Source: Candidatus Tectimicrobiota bacterium (GTDB lineage: Bacteria > JACPUC01). From it: DNA of 64,000 nt. Shown here piece after piece: positions 50,017 to 59,695 of this stretch. The stretch is from the NCBI GenBank assembly GCA_016192455.1, contig JACPUC010000027.1:1-64000 (forward strand), in the 5' to 3' direction. A program made the position numbers and the translations under genes. The notes beneath the pieces were generated by a model, which had not been told where the DNA came from, made no database searches, and worked only from the letters and a program-made list of their open reading frames with translations. Position 1 is the first letter of the stretch. Each line of letters opens with the position of its first letter.

Positions 50017-50871
50017 ATGAGCTTCTGGTACCTGCAGGCGATCACCGGCTTGTCCTTCGCCATGCTCCTCTTCCTGCTGGCGGCGGGGCTGTCGCTCATC
50101 TTCGGGCTGATGCGCATCATCAACCTGGCGCATGGCGCGCTCTATCTGGTGGCGTCCTACCTCAGCCTCTCGGTCATGCGGGGGACCGGCAGCTTCCTCT
50201 TGGCGTTGCTGGTCGGCGCGGCCGCGGTCACCCTCATCGGCCTGTTCATGGAGCGCCGCTTCCTCAACCGTCTCTACCGGATGGAGCTGGCGCAGGTGCT
50301 CCTCACCTTCGGCTTCCTGTTCATCCTCAGCGATCTCACCCAATGGGTCTGGGGCGGCGAGCCGCAAATCATGCCCAAGCCGGCGCTCTTCGCCGGCTCC
50401 TTGCGCCTGGGTGAGATGATGTTCCCGATCTACCGGCTGCTGGTCATCGCGGTGGGCATCGTGGTGGCGGTGCTGCTGGGGCTCATCCAGCAGTACACCA
50501 GCCTGGGGGCGAAGGTGCGCGCCGGCGTCGATGACGCGGAGATGACCCGCGGGCTTGGGGTGGACCTGCCCCGCCTGTTCACCGGCGTCTTCGCCATGGG
50601 AGCCATGCTCGCCGGCGTGGGCGGCGTCATGGGGGGGCCGATCATCGGGGCCAACCTCGATGCCGCCTTCGAGATTCTCCTCTTCGCCTTCGTGGTGGTC
50701 ATCATCGGCGGCATGGGCAGCCTGAAGGGCGCCTTCCTCGCCAGCCTCTTCGTGGGCCTCATCGACACCTTCGGCAAGGCGCTCTTCCCGGAATACTCCC
50801 TCTTCACCATCTTCGCCCCGATGGCGATCGTGCTGGCGATCCGCCCGACGGGCCTGTTTGGACGCACATGA
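50017..50871 (+). CDS. Liv-type ABC permease (LivH-like)
   Basis: GLSLIFGLMRIINLAHG; VVIIGGMGSLKGA. Confidence 0.93.
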   Translation: MSFWYLQAITGLSFAMLLFLLAAGLSLIFGLMRIINLAHGALYLVASYLSLSVMRGTGSFLLALLVGAAAVTLIGLFMERRFLNRLYRMELAQVLLTFGFLFILSDLTQWVWGGEPQIMPKPALFAGSLRLGEMMFPIYRLLVIAVGIVVAVLLGLIQQYTSLGAKVRAGVDDAEMTRGLGVDLPRLFTGVFAMGAMLAGVGGVMGGPIIGANLDAAFEILLFAFVVVIIGGMGSLKGAFLASLFVGLIDTFGKALFPEYSLFTIFAPMAIVLAIRPTGLFGRT

Positions 50872-51815
50872 GGCAGCGAACGCGGCGCACCGCCATGGCG
50901 CTCGGGGGGTTCCTGCTCCTGCTCCTCCTGCCGGCAGTGCTGCCCTCGTTCTACCTCGGCCTGGTGACGGAGGTCCTCATCTTCGGGCTCTTCGCCATGA
51001 GCCTAAACCTGCTGCTCGGCTACGGGGGGCTTCCCTCCCTCGGCCACGCCGCCTACTTCGGCGTTGCCGGCTACACCGTGGCGCTCCTCTCCTTCACGGT
51101 GACGCAGAACGGCTGGCTGCTGATCTTCCTTGGGTTGGCGATGGCCGGGGTGACGGCGGCCCTCTTCGGGCTGCTGGCCCTGCGCACCCGCGGCGACTAC
51201 TTCCTCATGATCACCCTTGCCCTCGGCGAGGTGCTCTGGGGCCTTGCCTTCAAGCTGCGCAGCCTCACCCACGCCGAGGACGGCATCTCGGGCGTGGCCC
51301 GCCCGGTGCTCAACCTGCCATGGTCCTTCGAGGACGATGTGGCCTTCTACGTCTTCGTGCTCGTCAGCGTCACCCTCGCCACGCTGCTGCTCATCCTCAT
51401 CATCGAATCACCCTTCGGCAAGGCGGTGGTGGGGGTGCGGGAAAACGAGGCGCGCCTGCAGGTCCTGGGGTACAATGTCTGGCTGTGCCGCTACCTCGCC
51501 TTCGTGCTTGCCGGGCTCTTCGGCGGGCTGGCCGGCATTCTCTTCATCTTCTACAACCGCTTCGTCAGCCCCGCCGACCTGAGTGTGATCCTGTCGGCGA
51601 AGGCGCTGCTCATGGTCATCCTCGGCGGGGCCGGGACGCTGGCCGGGCCGATGATCGGCGCGGCGCTCCTGGTCTTCATCGAGAACGAGGTGAGCTCCCT
51701 CACCGAGCGCTGGCTGCTCATTCTCGGTCTGATCTACGTGGTCGTCGTGATGTTCATCCCCGCCGGGGTCTACGGCGGTCTGAAAGCAAAGCTGCAGCGG
51801 CGGAGCGCCGTGTGA
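50868..51815 (+). CDS. Liv-type ABC permease (LivM-like)
   Basis: SLNLLLGYGGLPSLGHAAYFG; GDYFLMITLA; MVILGGAGT. Confidence 0.93.
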   Translation: MRQRTRRTAMALGGFLLLLLLPAVLPSFYLGLVTEVLIFGLFAMSLNLLLGYGGLPSLGHAAYFGVAGYTVALLSFTVTQNGWLLIFLGLAMAGVTAALFGLLALRTRGDYFLMITLALGEVLWGLAFKLRSLTHAEDGISGVARPVLNLPWSFEDDVAFYVFVLVSVTLATLLLILIIESPFGKAVVGVRENEARLQVLGYNVWLCRYLAFVLAGLFGGLAGILFIFYNRFVSPADLSVILSAKALLMVILGGAGTLAGPMIGAALLVFIENEVSSLTERWLLILGLIYVVVVMFIPAGVYGGLKAKLQRRSAV

Positions 51816-52573
51816 ACGCCCTCGTGGTCGACCAGGTGTCAAGGCGGTTCGAAGGGCTGCAAGCCCTCAACAGGGTGAGCCTCACCGTGCAGGTGGGCGA
51901 ACGGCGCGCCATCATCGGGCCCAACGGCGCCGGCAAGACGACGCTCTTCAACATCATCAACGGCACGCTGCGGCCGACGACGGGGCGCATCCTGCTCTTC
52001 GACCGCGACGTGACCCGCCTCGCTCCCCATCGCCGCACCCACCTCGGGCTGGCCCGCACGTTCCAGATCAGCGCTCTGTTCCCGCGCTTGAGCGTCTATG
52101 AGAACGTGCGCCTGGCCGCGCAGGCGGCCACTGGCGGGCGCTACGCGATGCACCGACCGGCCGCCACCCTGGGCGCCATCCAGCGCCTCTGCGAGGATAC
52201 CCTGAAGAAGTGGGACCTCTGGCACCTGCGGCGCGAGGCCGTCCGCACCCTCTCCTACGGTGATCAGCGGCGCATCGAGATCGTCCTCGCCTTGGCCACG
52301 AACCCGAGGCTCCTCCTCTTGGACGAGCCGACGGCGGGGTTGTCGCTCGCCGAGACGCAGCAGGTGAGCAGCATCATCCAGGCCCTGCATCGCCAGCTCA
52401 CCATCCTGCTCATCGAGCATGACATGGACGTGACGTTCGAGCTGGTCGACCAGGTCACGGTGTTGCATCTGGGCAACCTCCTGGCGGATGGTCCCCAGGA
52501 GGAGGTCCGGCGCGATCCCCGGGTGGCCGAAATCTACCTGGGGTCGGCAACGGAGTGGGGGAAGCCGTGCTGA
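51812..52573 (+). CDS. Liv-type ABC ATPase (LivG-like)
   Basis: GPNGAGKTT, ARTFQ, LSYGDQR, LLDEPTAG; GTG start overlapping livM stop. Confidence 0.92.
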   Translation: MNALVVDQVSRRFEGLQALNRVSLTVQVGERRAIIGPNGAGKTTLFNIINGTLRPTTGRILLFDRDVTRLAPHRRTHLGLARTFQISALFPRLSVYENVRLAAQAATGGRYAMHRPAATLGAIQRLCEDTLKKWDLWHLRREAVRTLSYGDQRRIEIVLALATNPRLLLLDEPTAGLSLAETQQVSSIIQALHRQLTILLIEHDMDVTFELVDQVTVLHLGNLLADGPQEEVRRDPRVAEIYLGSATEWGKPC

Positions 52574-53271
52574 GCGTGCAGGACATCCACACCTACTACG
52601 GCGACAGCTACATCCTGCAGGGTGTCTCCCTGGAGATTCCCGAGGGCTGCGTGGTCTCGGTGCTGGGGCGCAACGGCGTGGGCAAGACGACCCTGATCCG
52701 CTCGATCATCGGCTTCACCCCGCCGCGCAGAGGGCGCGTCCTGTTGCGGGGCCAAGAGATCACCCGGCTGCCGGCGCATAAGATCGCCCGCCTTGGGGTG
52801 GGATTGGTGCCGCAAGGCCGGCGCATCTTCGCCAGCCTCACCGTGCGGGAGAACCTGCAGGTGGCGCAGCGCGACCTCGAGGGTGGCGGCCGCCCCTGGG
52901 ACTGGGAACGCGTCGCCGCGGCCTTCCCGCGTCTGCGGGAGCGCAGCCACCATCGGGGCAACAAACTGAGCGGCGGCGAGCAGCAGATGCTGACGACCGC
53001 CCGGGCGCTGATGGGCAACCCGCGGTTGCTGCTCATGGACGAGCCGAGCGAGGGGCTCGCCCCCCTCCTGGTGCGGAATCTGGGGGAGATCATCGCCGAC
53101 CTGAAACAGCATGGCCTCGCCATCCTCCTCGTCGAGCAGAATCTCCCCTTTGCCCTCGCCCTCTCCGACTACGTCTACGTCATGAGCAAGGGGGCCATCG
53201 TGCACCACGGCGCGGCCGCGGAGTTCCACCAGCACACCGAGATCAAGGCGCGCTACCTGGGCATCGGCTAG
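52567..53271 (+). CDS. Liv-type ABC ATPase (LivF-like)
   Basis: GRNGVGKTT, LSGGEQQM, MDEPSEGLAP and LVEQN motifs. Confidence 0.93.
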   Translation: MLSVQDIHTYYGDSYILQGVSLEIPEGCVVSVLGRNGVGKTTLIRSIIGFTPPRRGRVLLRGQEITRLPAHKIARLGVGLVPQGRRIFASLTVRENLQVAQRDLEGGGRPWDWERVAAAFPRLRERSHHRGNKLSGGEQQMLTTARALMGNPRLLLMDEPSEGLAPLLVRNLGEIIADLKQHGLAILLVEQNLPFALALSDYVYVMSKGAIVHHGAAAEFHQHTEIKARYLGIG

Positions 53272-53541
53272 GCGGGATCGGATCGCGCCGGGCGTTCGTC
53301 GATGTGATCGGCTGGCGAGGCCCGCGGGCAGGCGGTTGGGCAACGGTTGACGAGATGCGGAGGGGAGGCGTTCGCCACTTGGAAACGGCCCTCGGGGCGC
53401 GCTCGGGCGTTGGGGATCATTCCAGCGCCTGAGCGCCTGCGAGGGCCGTTCTGCATGGTGCGGCGCAGCCCGAACAGGACCATCCCGGCACGCGCCGCCG
53501 TTGAGGGGCGTCGCCAGGTTCAGCAGCCGTTCACTGCCGCT

Positions 53542-54771
53542 TCACTCCTTGGGTTTGCCGGAAGGCCAGTATTGTTCAAGATTCTTCATGACGTGGATGA
53601 TCTCATTGCGCACCTTGCCGTCGGACTGCCGCGTCGGCTTGAAGACGTAGAGGTCCGAAACGGCATTCTGATAAGCGTCGAAGCGCCACGGTCCTCGATT
53701 ACTGTCTTTCATTTGGACCTTCCGCAATGCCTGCAGGAAGGCCGGCTTGTCCTCCACGTTGCCGTTAATGCTCTGGAGGGCCATGAGAATAATCTTGGCC
53801 GTCAGGTATCCGGAAGCGGCATAGATGGCGGGAGGCATGCCGTACTTCTGCGTGTAGGCCTGGATAAAGCGCTTGTTCTCGGGGGAATCATAGGAGGTGG
53901 TGTAGCGTTCGTAGCTGAGCATCCCCTCCGCCGCCTCCGGCACTTGCGCGAGCACCTCATCGGTTGACAGGTCTCCGGCACCCAGGAGGGGTATCTTCCC
54001 CTTCAAGCCGAATTCCTTGTACTGGGTCAGGAAGCGGATGGCGTTCTGGCCGCTCCACAGCGCCCACACGGCGTCGGGATTGAGCGCTTGAATCTGCGTC
54101 AGGTATGGCGCCATGTCGGGCGTGCGCACCGGGGCGAAGATTTGCTCGATCACCTTGCCGCCGCCTTGCTCGCAGCCTTGCGCAAAGGAGGCGGCCTCAT
54201 CGCGCCCATAGACGCTGTCGAAAGAGAAGGCGACCGCCCGCTTGTAGCCGAACTTCTTGCAGGCGTACTCCCCGAACGGCATCGTCATCTGGCCGCTGGC
54301 GAAAGAGGTGCGGAAGACGTAGGCATGCCGCTTCTCCTGGGTGATGATGCGCGCGGCGGACTCCGTCAGGATCAACGGCGTCTCCACCGTCTTCATGTAC
54401 TCGCTCACCGCCACGCCGGTGGGGCTCCAGATGATCCCCATGATGGCGTGCACGCGGTCTTTCTCAACCAGCTTGCGCGCCTTCGTCACCCCCACTGCGA
54501 CCTGGGGCGATTGGTCGTCCTCGACGATGGTCTCGATCTTCCGCCCGGCAACCTCGTTGTTTGCCTCCTCGAAGGCAAGCTTCGCCCCCTGCACCCCGTG
54601 CTTGGAGGGGAAGGCGTAGACGCCGGTAAGCCCATAGAGCATGCCAATCTTGATCGGCGCTTTTTGCGCCCAGGCCGGCTGGCTTTGGCCGACCAGGCCG
54701 CCGAGAAGCAGCGTGCAGAACGCTGCGAGGAAGCAGCGCCCGCCCAAACTCCCCACTCCCCTGTTCACCAT
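53542..54771 (-). CDS. Liv-type ABC substrate-binding protein, close paralog of 48696-49931
   Basis: Long identical blocks, e.g. LYGLTGVYAFPSKHGVQGA and VAGRKIETIVEDDQSPQVAVGVTKARKLVEKDRVHA. Confidence 0.9.
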   Translation of the reverse strand: MVNRGVGSLGGRCFLAAFCTLLLGGLVGQSQPAWAQKAPIKIGMLYGLTGVYAFPSKHGVQGAKLAFEEANNEVAGRKIETIVEDDQSPQVAVGVTKARKLVEKDRVHAIMGIIWSPTGVAVSEYMKTVETPLILTESAARIITQEKRHAYVFRTSFASGQMTMPFGEYACKKFGYKRAVAFSFDSVYGRDEAASFAQGCEQGGGKVIEQIFAPVRTPDMAPYLTQIQALNPDAVWALWSGQNAIRFLTQYKEFGLKGKIPLLGAGDLSTDEVLAQVPEAAEGMLSYERYTTSYDSPENKRFIQAYTQKYGMPPAIYAASGYLTAKIILMALQSINGNVEDKPAFLQALRKVQMKDSNRGPWRFDAYQNAVSDLYVFKPTRQSDGKVRNEIIHVMKNLEQYWPSGKPKE

Positions 54772-54942
54772 CGCCGTTCCTCCCTCACGTCGGTGCCTGG
54801 AAAGGCCCCCACGCCTGTGAGTGCAAGGGTCGCCCTGCAAAGCGCTGCTTCCCGTCTCGCCGCAGCGCCGGCACGTCCCAGGCGTGGTGCAAAGCTGAAC
54901 CGCGGTGAAAGCCACGGTAAACTGAAGCAGGGACTTTTTCCT

Positions 54943-54954
54943 TGACAATTGTCA
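54943..54954. promoter_or_regulatory. Palindromic operator candidate TGACAATTGTCA
   Basis: Perfect 12-bp palindrome overlapping a TTGACA in the divergent promoter region. Confidence 0.65.
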
Positions 54955-55093
54955 TATTTTCGCATGCACTTTGGGATGACACTATGGGTCAAAAGGGAGG
55001 GCCGGAAACGCTCGACCAGGGAGCGAGGGAGAGCCGTGGTCTTCCCGGCCGGGGGCGGCGGCCGGCTGGCGGGGGGCCGAGGCGCGGGGACGA

Positions 55094-55182
55094 GCATCCG
55101 CCCCGCGCGCGGGGAAGCTTCAACAGCACCCTGCGTCAATGTTCCACGTGGAACGCATCCGCCCCGCGCGCGGGGAAGCTTC
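55094..55182. repeat. Two identical 28-bp direct repeats separated by 33 bp (CRISPR-like geometry)
   Basis: gcatccgccccgcgcgcggggaagcttc at 55094-55121 and 55155-55182. Confidence 0.75.
55140..55155. other. parS-like site
   Basis: TGTTCCACGTGGAACG, 15/16 match to the parS palindrome TGTTCCACGTGGAACA. Confidence 0.55.
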
Positions 55183-55314
55183 GGGGGAGCGCAGGCTTCC
55201 AGCCTGCCGGCCTTCGAATCCGCTTCACGCACGCGGAGGCGCCGACCGGCAGGTGAAGCCTTACGGCGGGAAAGAACTTCATCGACCGCGCAGGCAAGGA
55301 GTAAGGAGCAACTC

Positions 55315-57084
55315 ATGGCCGCAACCGGGGTGAATCCCATTACCTTGTCCACGGTGTGGCACACCATGCAAACGGTCTGTCGCGAGATGCGGCACGTCAT
55401 GGACCGCACCGCCCAGAACTACCTCATGGGGCAGCTCCACGACATCTCCGTCGGCATCTGGGACGCGCAGGGGCGCACCCTGGCCGTGCCGGTGGGTTTG
55501 CCGTCGCAGTTCCTCGGTTCCTCGTTTGCGGTGCGGGACATGGTGGGGAAGTTCAAGGGCAACCTGAACCCCGGCGACATCATCCTCACCAACGATCCCT
55601 ACCACGGTGGGCACAACTGCCATCTCCCCGACTGGGGATTCTTCCGGCCCATCTTCTACGACGGGGAGCTGATGTTCGTCACCCTGGCGCGCGCCCACCA
55701 GGAGGATACCGGCGGCTCCTACCCGGGGGGATACTTCCCGAACGGCTACGACATCCATGCCGAGGGGCTCTGCATCCCGCCCCTGAAGGTGTACGATCGG
55801 GGGGTGGAGAAGACGGAGCTGTTCGAGCTGATCTGGAACAACGTGCGCTGGCCGCAAGGGGTGCGCGTTGACAACTACTCGATGATCGCTTCGACGGCGT
55901 GGTGTGAGAAACGGCTCGTCGCCATGCTGAAGAAGTACGGCAAGGAAACGGTGCGGGCTTGCCTCGACGAGATGATTCGGCGCACGGAGCAGGCGGTGCG
56001 CAAGGAGATTCGCGCCATCCCCAACGGCACGTACTACGGCGAAGCGGCCACCGACGACGATGGGACGACCCTCGATGAGCCGGTGTGGGTGCGCGTGCAG
56101 GTGACCGTGAAGGGCGACCGCATAAAGCTGGACTTCTCGAAGAGCGACAAGCAGCGCAAGGGGTTCATTAACAGCGTCTACGCCGCCACATACGGGAACG
56201 CCGTCGCCGGCGCGGTGCTCGTCTTCGATCCAGCCCTAGCCGAGTACCACAACGAAGGGACGCTGCGCCCCATGGAGGTCATCGCGCCGCTGGGGTTGGT
56301 GGTGAACTGCGAGTACCCGGCCACCGTCGGCGCCTCGCCGGTGAACGTCGGCACCCAGGTCATGGAGGCCGTGGTCATGGCGCTCTCCCAGGCCCTTCCC
56401 GAACGAGCCGCCGCCGCCTGGGGCAAGCACCGCGGCGACTACGTCTTCGGCATCGATCCGCGCAGCGGCGAACGCTACGTGCGCACCTCCTTCGACTATG
56501 ACGGCAGCGCCGGGGCGGTGAGCGGCTTCGACGGCTACCAGGGCATCTCCTCCATAGCGGCCCTGGGCGCCGTGACCCGCGGCAACATCGAGGAGATGGA
56601 AATCCGCATCCCCTTCTTCATGCACAAGCTCGAGTTCGCCACCGATCTGCAGGGGGCGGGGCGCTGGCGCGGAGGGCCGGGCGTCTACTGGGAGGCGCAG
56701 AACCAGGGGAGCGACTCCGGCATGGCCACCGGCAGCTCCGACGGCGATACGACGTTCGGTCCCGGAGCGCTGGGCGGCGAGCCCTGTCCCCCCTGCCGTA
56801 CTTACATCCAGCGGGGCGAGCAGCGCATGCGGGTCAAACCGCACCGCCTCGTGCAGCTCAAGAACAGCGACGTGGTCATCAAGGTCAGCAGCGGCGGCGG
56901 CGGGGTCGGCAACCCCAAAGAGCGCGACCCGGAACTGGTGGCCAAGGATGTGCGCAACGAACTCGTCTCGCTGCAAGCCGCCCGCAGGACTTATAAAGTG
57001 GCGCTCGACCCGAAAACGCTTGCCGTGGACGCGCAGGCGACGAAACGCCTGCGCAGCCGTAGCGCCAGGGGTGCGAAGCGATGA
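55315..57084 (+). CDS. Hydantoinase B/oxoprolinase family subunit, close paralog of 44258-46123
   Basis: Same motifs; long identical stretches such as CREMRHVMDRTAQNYLMGQLHDISVGIWDAQGRT; TAAGGAG RBS. Confidence 0.93.
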   Translation: MAATGVNPITLSTVWHTMQTVCREMRHVMDRTAQNYLMGQLHDISVGIWDAQGRTLAVPVGLPSQFLGSSFAVRDMVGKFKGNLNPGDIILTNDPYHGGHNCHLPDWGFFRPIFYDGELMFVTLARAHQEDTGGSYPGGYFPNGYDIHAEGLCIPPLKVYDRGVEKTELFELIWNNVRWPQGVRVDNYSMIASTAWCEKRLVAMLKKYGKETVRACLDEMIRRTEQAVRKEIRAIPNGTYYGEAATDDDGTTLDEPVWVRVQVTVKGDRIKLDFSKSDKQRKGFINSVYAATYGNAVAGAVLVFDPALAEYHNEGTLRPMEVIAPLGLVVNCEYPATVGASPVNVGTQVMEAVVMALSQALPERAAAAWGKHRGDYVFGIDPRSGERYVRTSFDYDGSAGAVSGFDGYQGISSIAALGAVTRGNIEEMEIRIPFFMHKLEFATDLQGAGRWRGGPGVYWEAQNQGSDSGMATGSSDGDTTFGPGALGGEPCPPCRTYIQRGEQRMRVKPHRLVQLKNSDVVIKVSSGGGGVGNPKERDPELVAKDVRNELVSLQAARRTYKVALDPKTLAVDAQATKRLRSRSARGAKR

Positions 57085-57253
57085 GACGCGGCGGCGCCTC
57101 GAGGCGCTCCGCTGGCGCCGCAATCGCCGCCGACGGGGGCGGGGAGGCGGGCGGCTCGTGAGGGCGTTCGCAGGCTTAAGAGGCTGCGCCGCGGCGGCGC
57201 CTCGACAGGCATCTCTTCGAAGTTCTCCTCACCCGATCACGGGAGAGACGTCC

Positions 57254-59647
57254 ATGGAACAGGCGGAGCGCACCATCCATCGAGTGCAAAGCTACTGCGC
57301 CACCTCGTGTTCGCACTGCGGGGTGATCTGCGAAGTCGAGGACGGGAAACTGACCAAGGTGCTGACCGATCCCGACCATCCGAACGGCGGCATCTGCATC
57401 AAAGGGAAGGCGGGGCCGGAGGTCATCTATCATCCCCAGCGTCTCCTGCAGCCGCTGAAACGCACCACCCCGAAGGGGAGCAAGGACCCCGGCTGGCAAC
57501 GCATTAGCTGGGACGAGGCGCTGGACACCATGGCGAGCACGTTGCGCGAGCTGCGCGAACGCCATGGCGCGGAATCGGTGGTCTTCTGCCGCCCGGCCCC
57601 CGGCGGCTCCAGCGCCTGCGATTACGACCACTTCGTGATGCGCTTCGCCAACGCCTTCGGCAGCCCCAACACCGTGGCGACGACGCACGTCTGCAACTGG
57701 CACAAGGACGTGGGATCGAGCTACACCTACGGCATCGGCATTCCGCCCGCCGACTTCCGGCGCGCCGCCTGCATCCTCATCTGGGGGCATAACCCCACCG
57801 CGAGCTGGCATATCCATGCCCAGCGCATCAGCCGCGCCAAGGCGCGCGGCGCCAAGCTGCTCGTCATCGATCCGCTGCGCAACCGGCTCGCCGCCAAGGC
57901 CGACCTGTGGCTTCAGGTGCGCCCCGGCAGCGACGGCGCCCTGGCCCTCAGCCTGATCGCCACGCTGATCGAGGAAGAGCTCTACGACGCCGCATTCGTC
58001 AGGAGCTGGACCAACGCCCCGTTCCTGGTGCGCCCGGATACCGGCGCCCTCCTGCGCGCGGCCGATCTCCAGGAGGATGGCGGAGAGGGCTACGTCGTGT
58101 GGGATGAGAGCCGCGGCGCCCCGGTCAGCCATCTCCGCCTGCGCGACCATGCCGTCCGCCCGGCGCTGCGGGGCACCTACCACGTCAGCCTGGCGGACGG
58201 GCGCACCCTGAGCTGCCGGCCGGCGTTCGAGGGGCTGGCCGAGCTGGCCGCCGCCTACACGCCGGAACGCGCCGCAGCCATCCATTGGGTGCCGGCCCAG
58301 CAGGTGCGCGCCGCGGCTCGCATGTTCACCCAGAACGGCCCCTCCTGCTACTACACGTACAATGGGCTGGAGCAACATACGAATGCGATGCAGACGAATC
58401 GAGCCGTCTGCATCTTCTATGCACTCAGCGGCTTTTTTGACGCGCCGGGCGGCAATGTGATCTTCCCGACGGTGCCGAGCAAGAACCTGCAAGGCACGGA
58501 GTTCCTGCCGGCCGAGCAAGCGCGGCGGCGCCTGGGAATCGAGAAACGTCCACTCGGGCCGCCGTCTACCGGGGCGGTCCAGGCTTACGAGGTCTACACC
58601 GCGATCCTGACCGGGAAACCTTATCCGGTGAAAGGGTTCGTGAGTTTCGGCGGCAATATCGTGCAGGCGAATGGGGACAGCCAGCGGGGTTACGAAGCCC
58701 TCAGACAACTCGATTTCTATGCCCAGGTGGAGCTGTTCGAGACCCCCACGTCCCGCCTCGCCGACCTTCTGCTCCCCGCCGCAACCCATTGGGAAGCGGG
58801 CACGCTGAGGGTGGGCTTCGGTCAGGATGAAACCACGTCGGGCTATGTGCAGTACCGTCAGCCTGTCATCGAACCGCTGGGCGAGAGTCGCCCCGACGTG
58901 CGGATCATCTTCGATCTGGCGCAGCGGATGTGCCTGGGGGAGAAGTTTTGGCGCGGCGACATCGAGGCGGCCTGGCGCGAGCAGCTCAGCCCCTCCGGTT
59001 TGAACCTGGAAGAGCTGCGGCGCCATCCGGGCGGCGTCAATGTGCCGCTGCCGGTGCGCTTCCGCAAGTACCGCGGCGCCGACGAGCCGTCCGCCACGGC
59101 GCCGGCCTTCAACACCCCCACCGGCAAGATCGAGATTTACTCCGAGCGCTTCCTCGCCCACGGCTTCGCGCCCTTGCCGGTGTACGAGGAGCCCTTCTAC
59201 AGCGAGGCGCGCAACCCTGATCTGGCGCGGCAGTACCCGCACATCCTCATCACCGTCAAGGTCCTGCAATTCTGTCACGGCCAGCACCGCGCCATGCCAA
59301 GCCTGCGCGGGGCGGTGCCCTATCCCACCATCGAGGTTCATCCCCAAACCGCGGCGGCTCTGCGGATTGCGGACGGCGAGTGGGTGGCGGTGGAAACCTT
59401 CCACGGCTCCGTGCGCCTGAAGGCGAGCCTCAGCACCCGCCTCGATCCACGCGTCGTCGTGGCGCAGCATGGCTGGTGGCAGGAATGCCCCGGCCTTGAC
59501 TTGCCGGGCTTCGATCCGTTCAGCTCCAGCGGCGCCAATATCAACCTGGTCTACACCAATGACCAGGTCGACCCCATCACCGGCTCGGTGCCGTTCAAAT
59601 CGTTCCGCTGCCGCTTGCGCAAGCTCGCGGCCGACGCGGCGGAGTAA
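57254..59647 (+). CDS. Molybdopterin (bis-MGD) oxidoreductase, DMSO reductase superfamily, acetylene-hydratase-like group
   Basis: N-terminal Cys cluster and ICIKG, ISWDEALD, RPGSDGAL, ADLLLPAATHWE, TPTGKIEIYS, QHGWWQ. Confidence 0.9.
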   Translation: MEQAERTIHRVQSYCATSCSHCGVICEVEDGKLTKVLTDPDHPNGGICIKGKAGPEVIYHPQRLLQPLKRTTPKGSKDPGWQRISWDEALDTMASTLRELRERHGAESVVFCRPAPGGSSACDYDHFVMRFANAFGSPNTVATTHVCNWHKDVGSSYTYGIGIPPADFRRAACILIWGHNPTASWHIHAQRISRAKARGAKLLVIDPLRNRLAAKADLWLQVRPGSDGALALSLIATLIEEELYDAAFVRSWTNAPFLVRPDTGALLRAADLQEDGGEGYVVWDESRGAPVSHLRLRDHAVRPALRGTYHVSLADGRTLSCRPAFEGLAELAAAYTPERAAAIHWVPAQQVRAAARMFTQNGPSCYYTYNGLEQHTNAMQTNRAVCIFYALSGFFDAPGGNVIFPTVPSKNLQGTEFLPAEQARRRLGIEKRPLGPPSTGAVQAYEVYTAILTGKPYPVKGFVSFGGNIVQANGDSQRGYEALRQLDFYAQVELFETPTSRLADLLLPAATHWEAGTLRVGFGQDETTSGYVQYRQPVIEPLGESRPDVRIIFDLAQRMCLGEKFWRGDIEAAWREQLSPSGLNLEELRRHPGGVNVPLPVRFRKYRGADEPSATAPAFNTPTGKIEIYSERFLAHGFAPLPVYEEPFYSEARNPDLARQYPHILITVKVLQFCHGQHRAMPSLRGAVPYPTIEVHPQTAAALRIADGEWVAVETFHGSVRLKASLSTRLDPRVVVAQHGWWQECPGLDLPGFDPFSSSGANINLVYTNDQVDPITGSVPFKSFRCRLRKLAADAAE

Positions 59648-59695
59648 CCCTGGCCGCGGCCGGTCAAAAAACCGTGCGCCGAACAGAAGCGGGAG

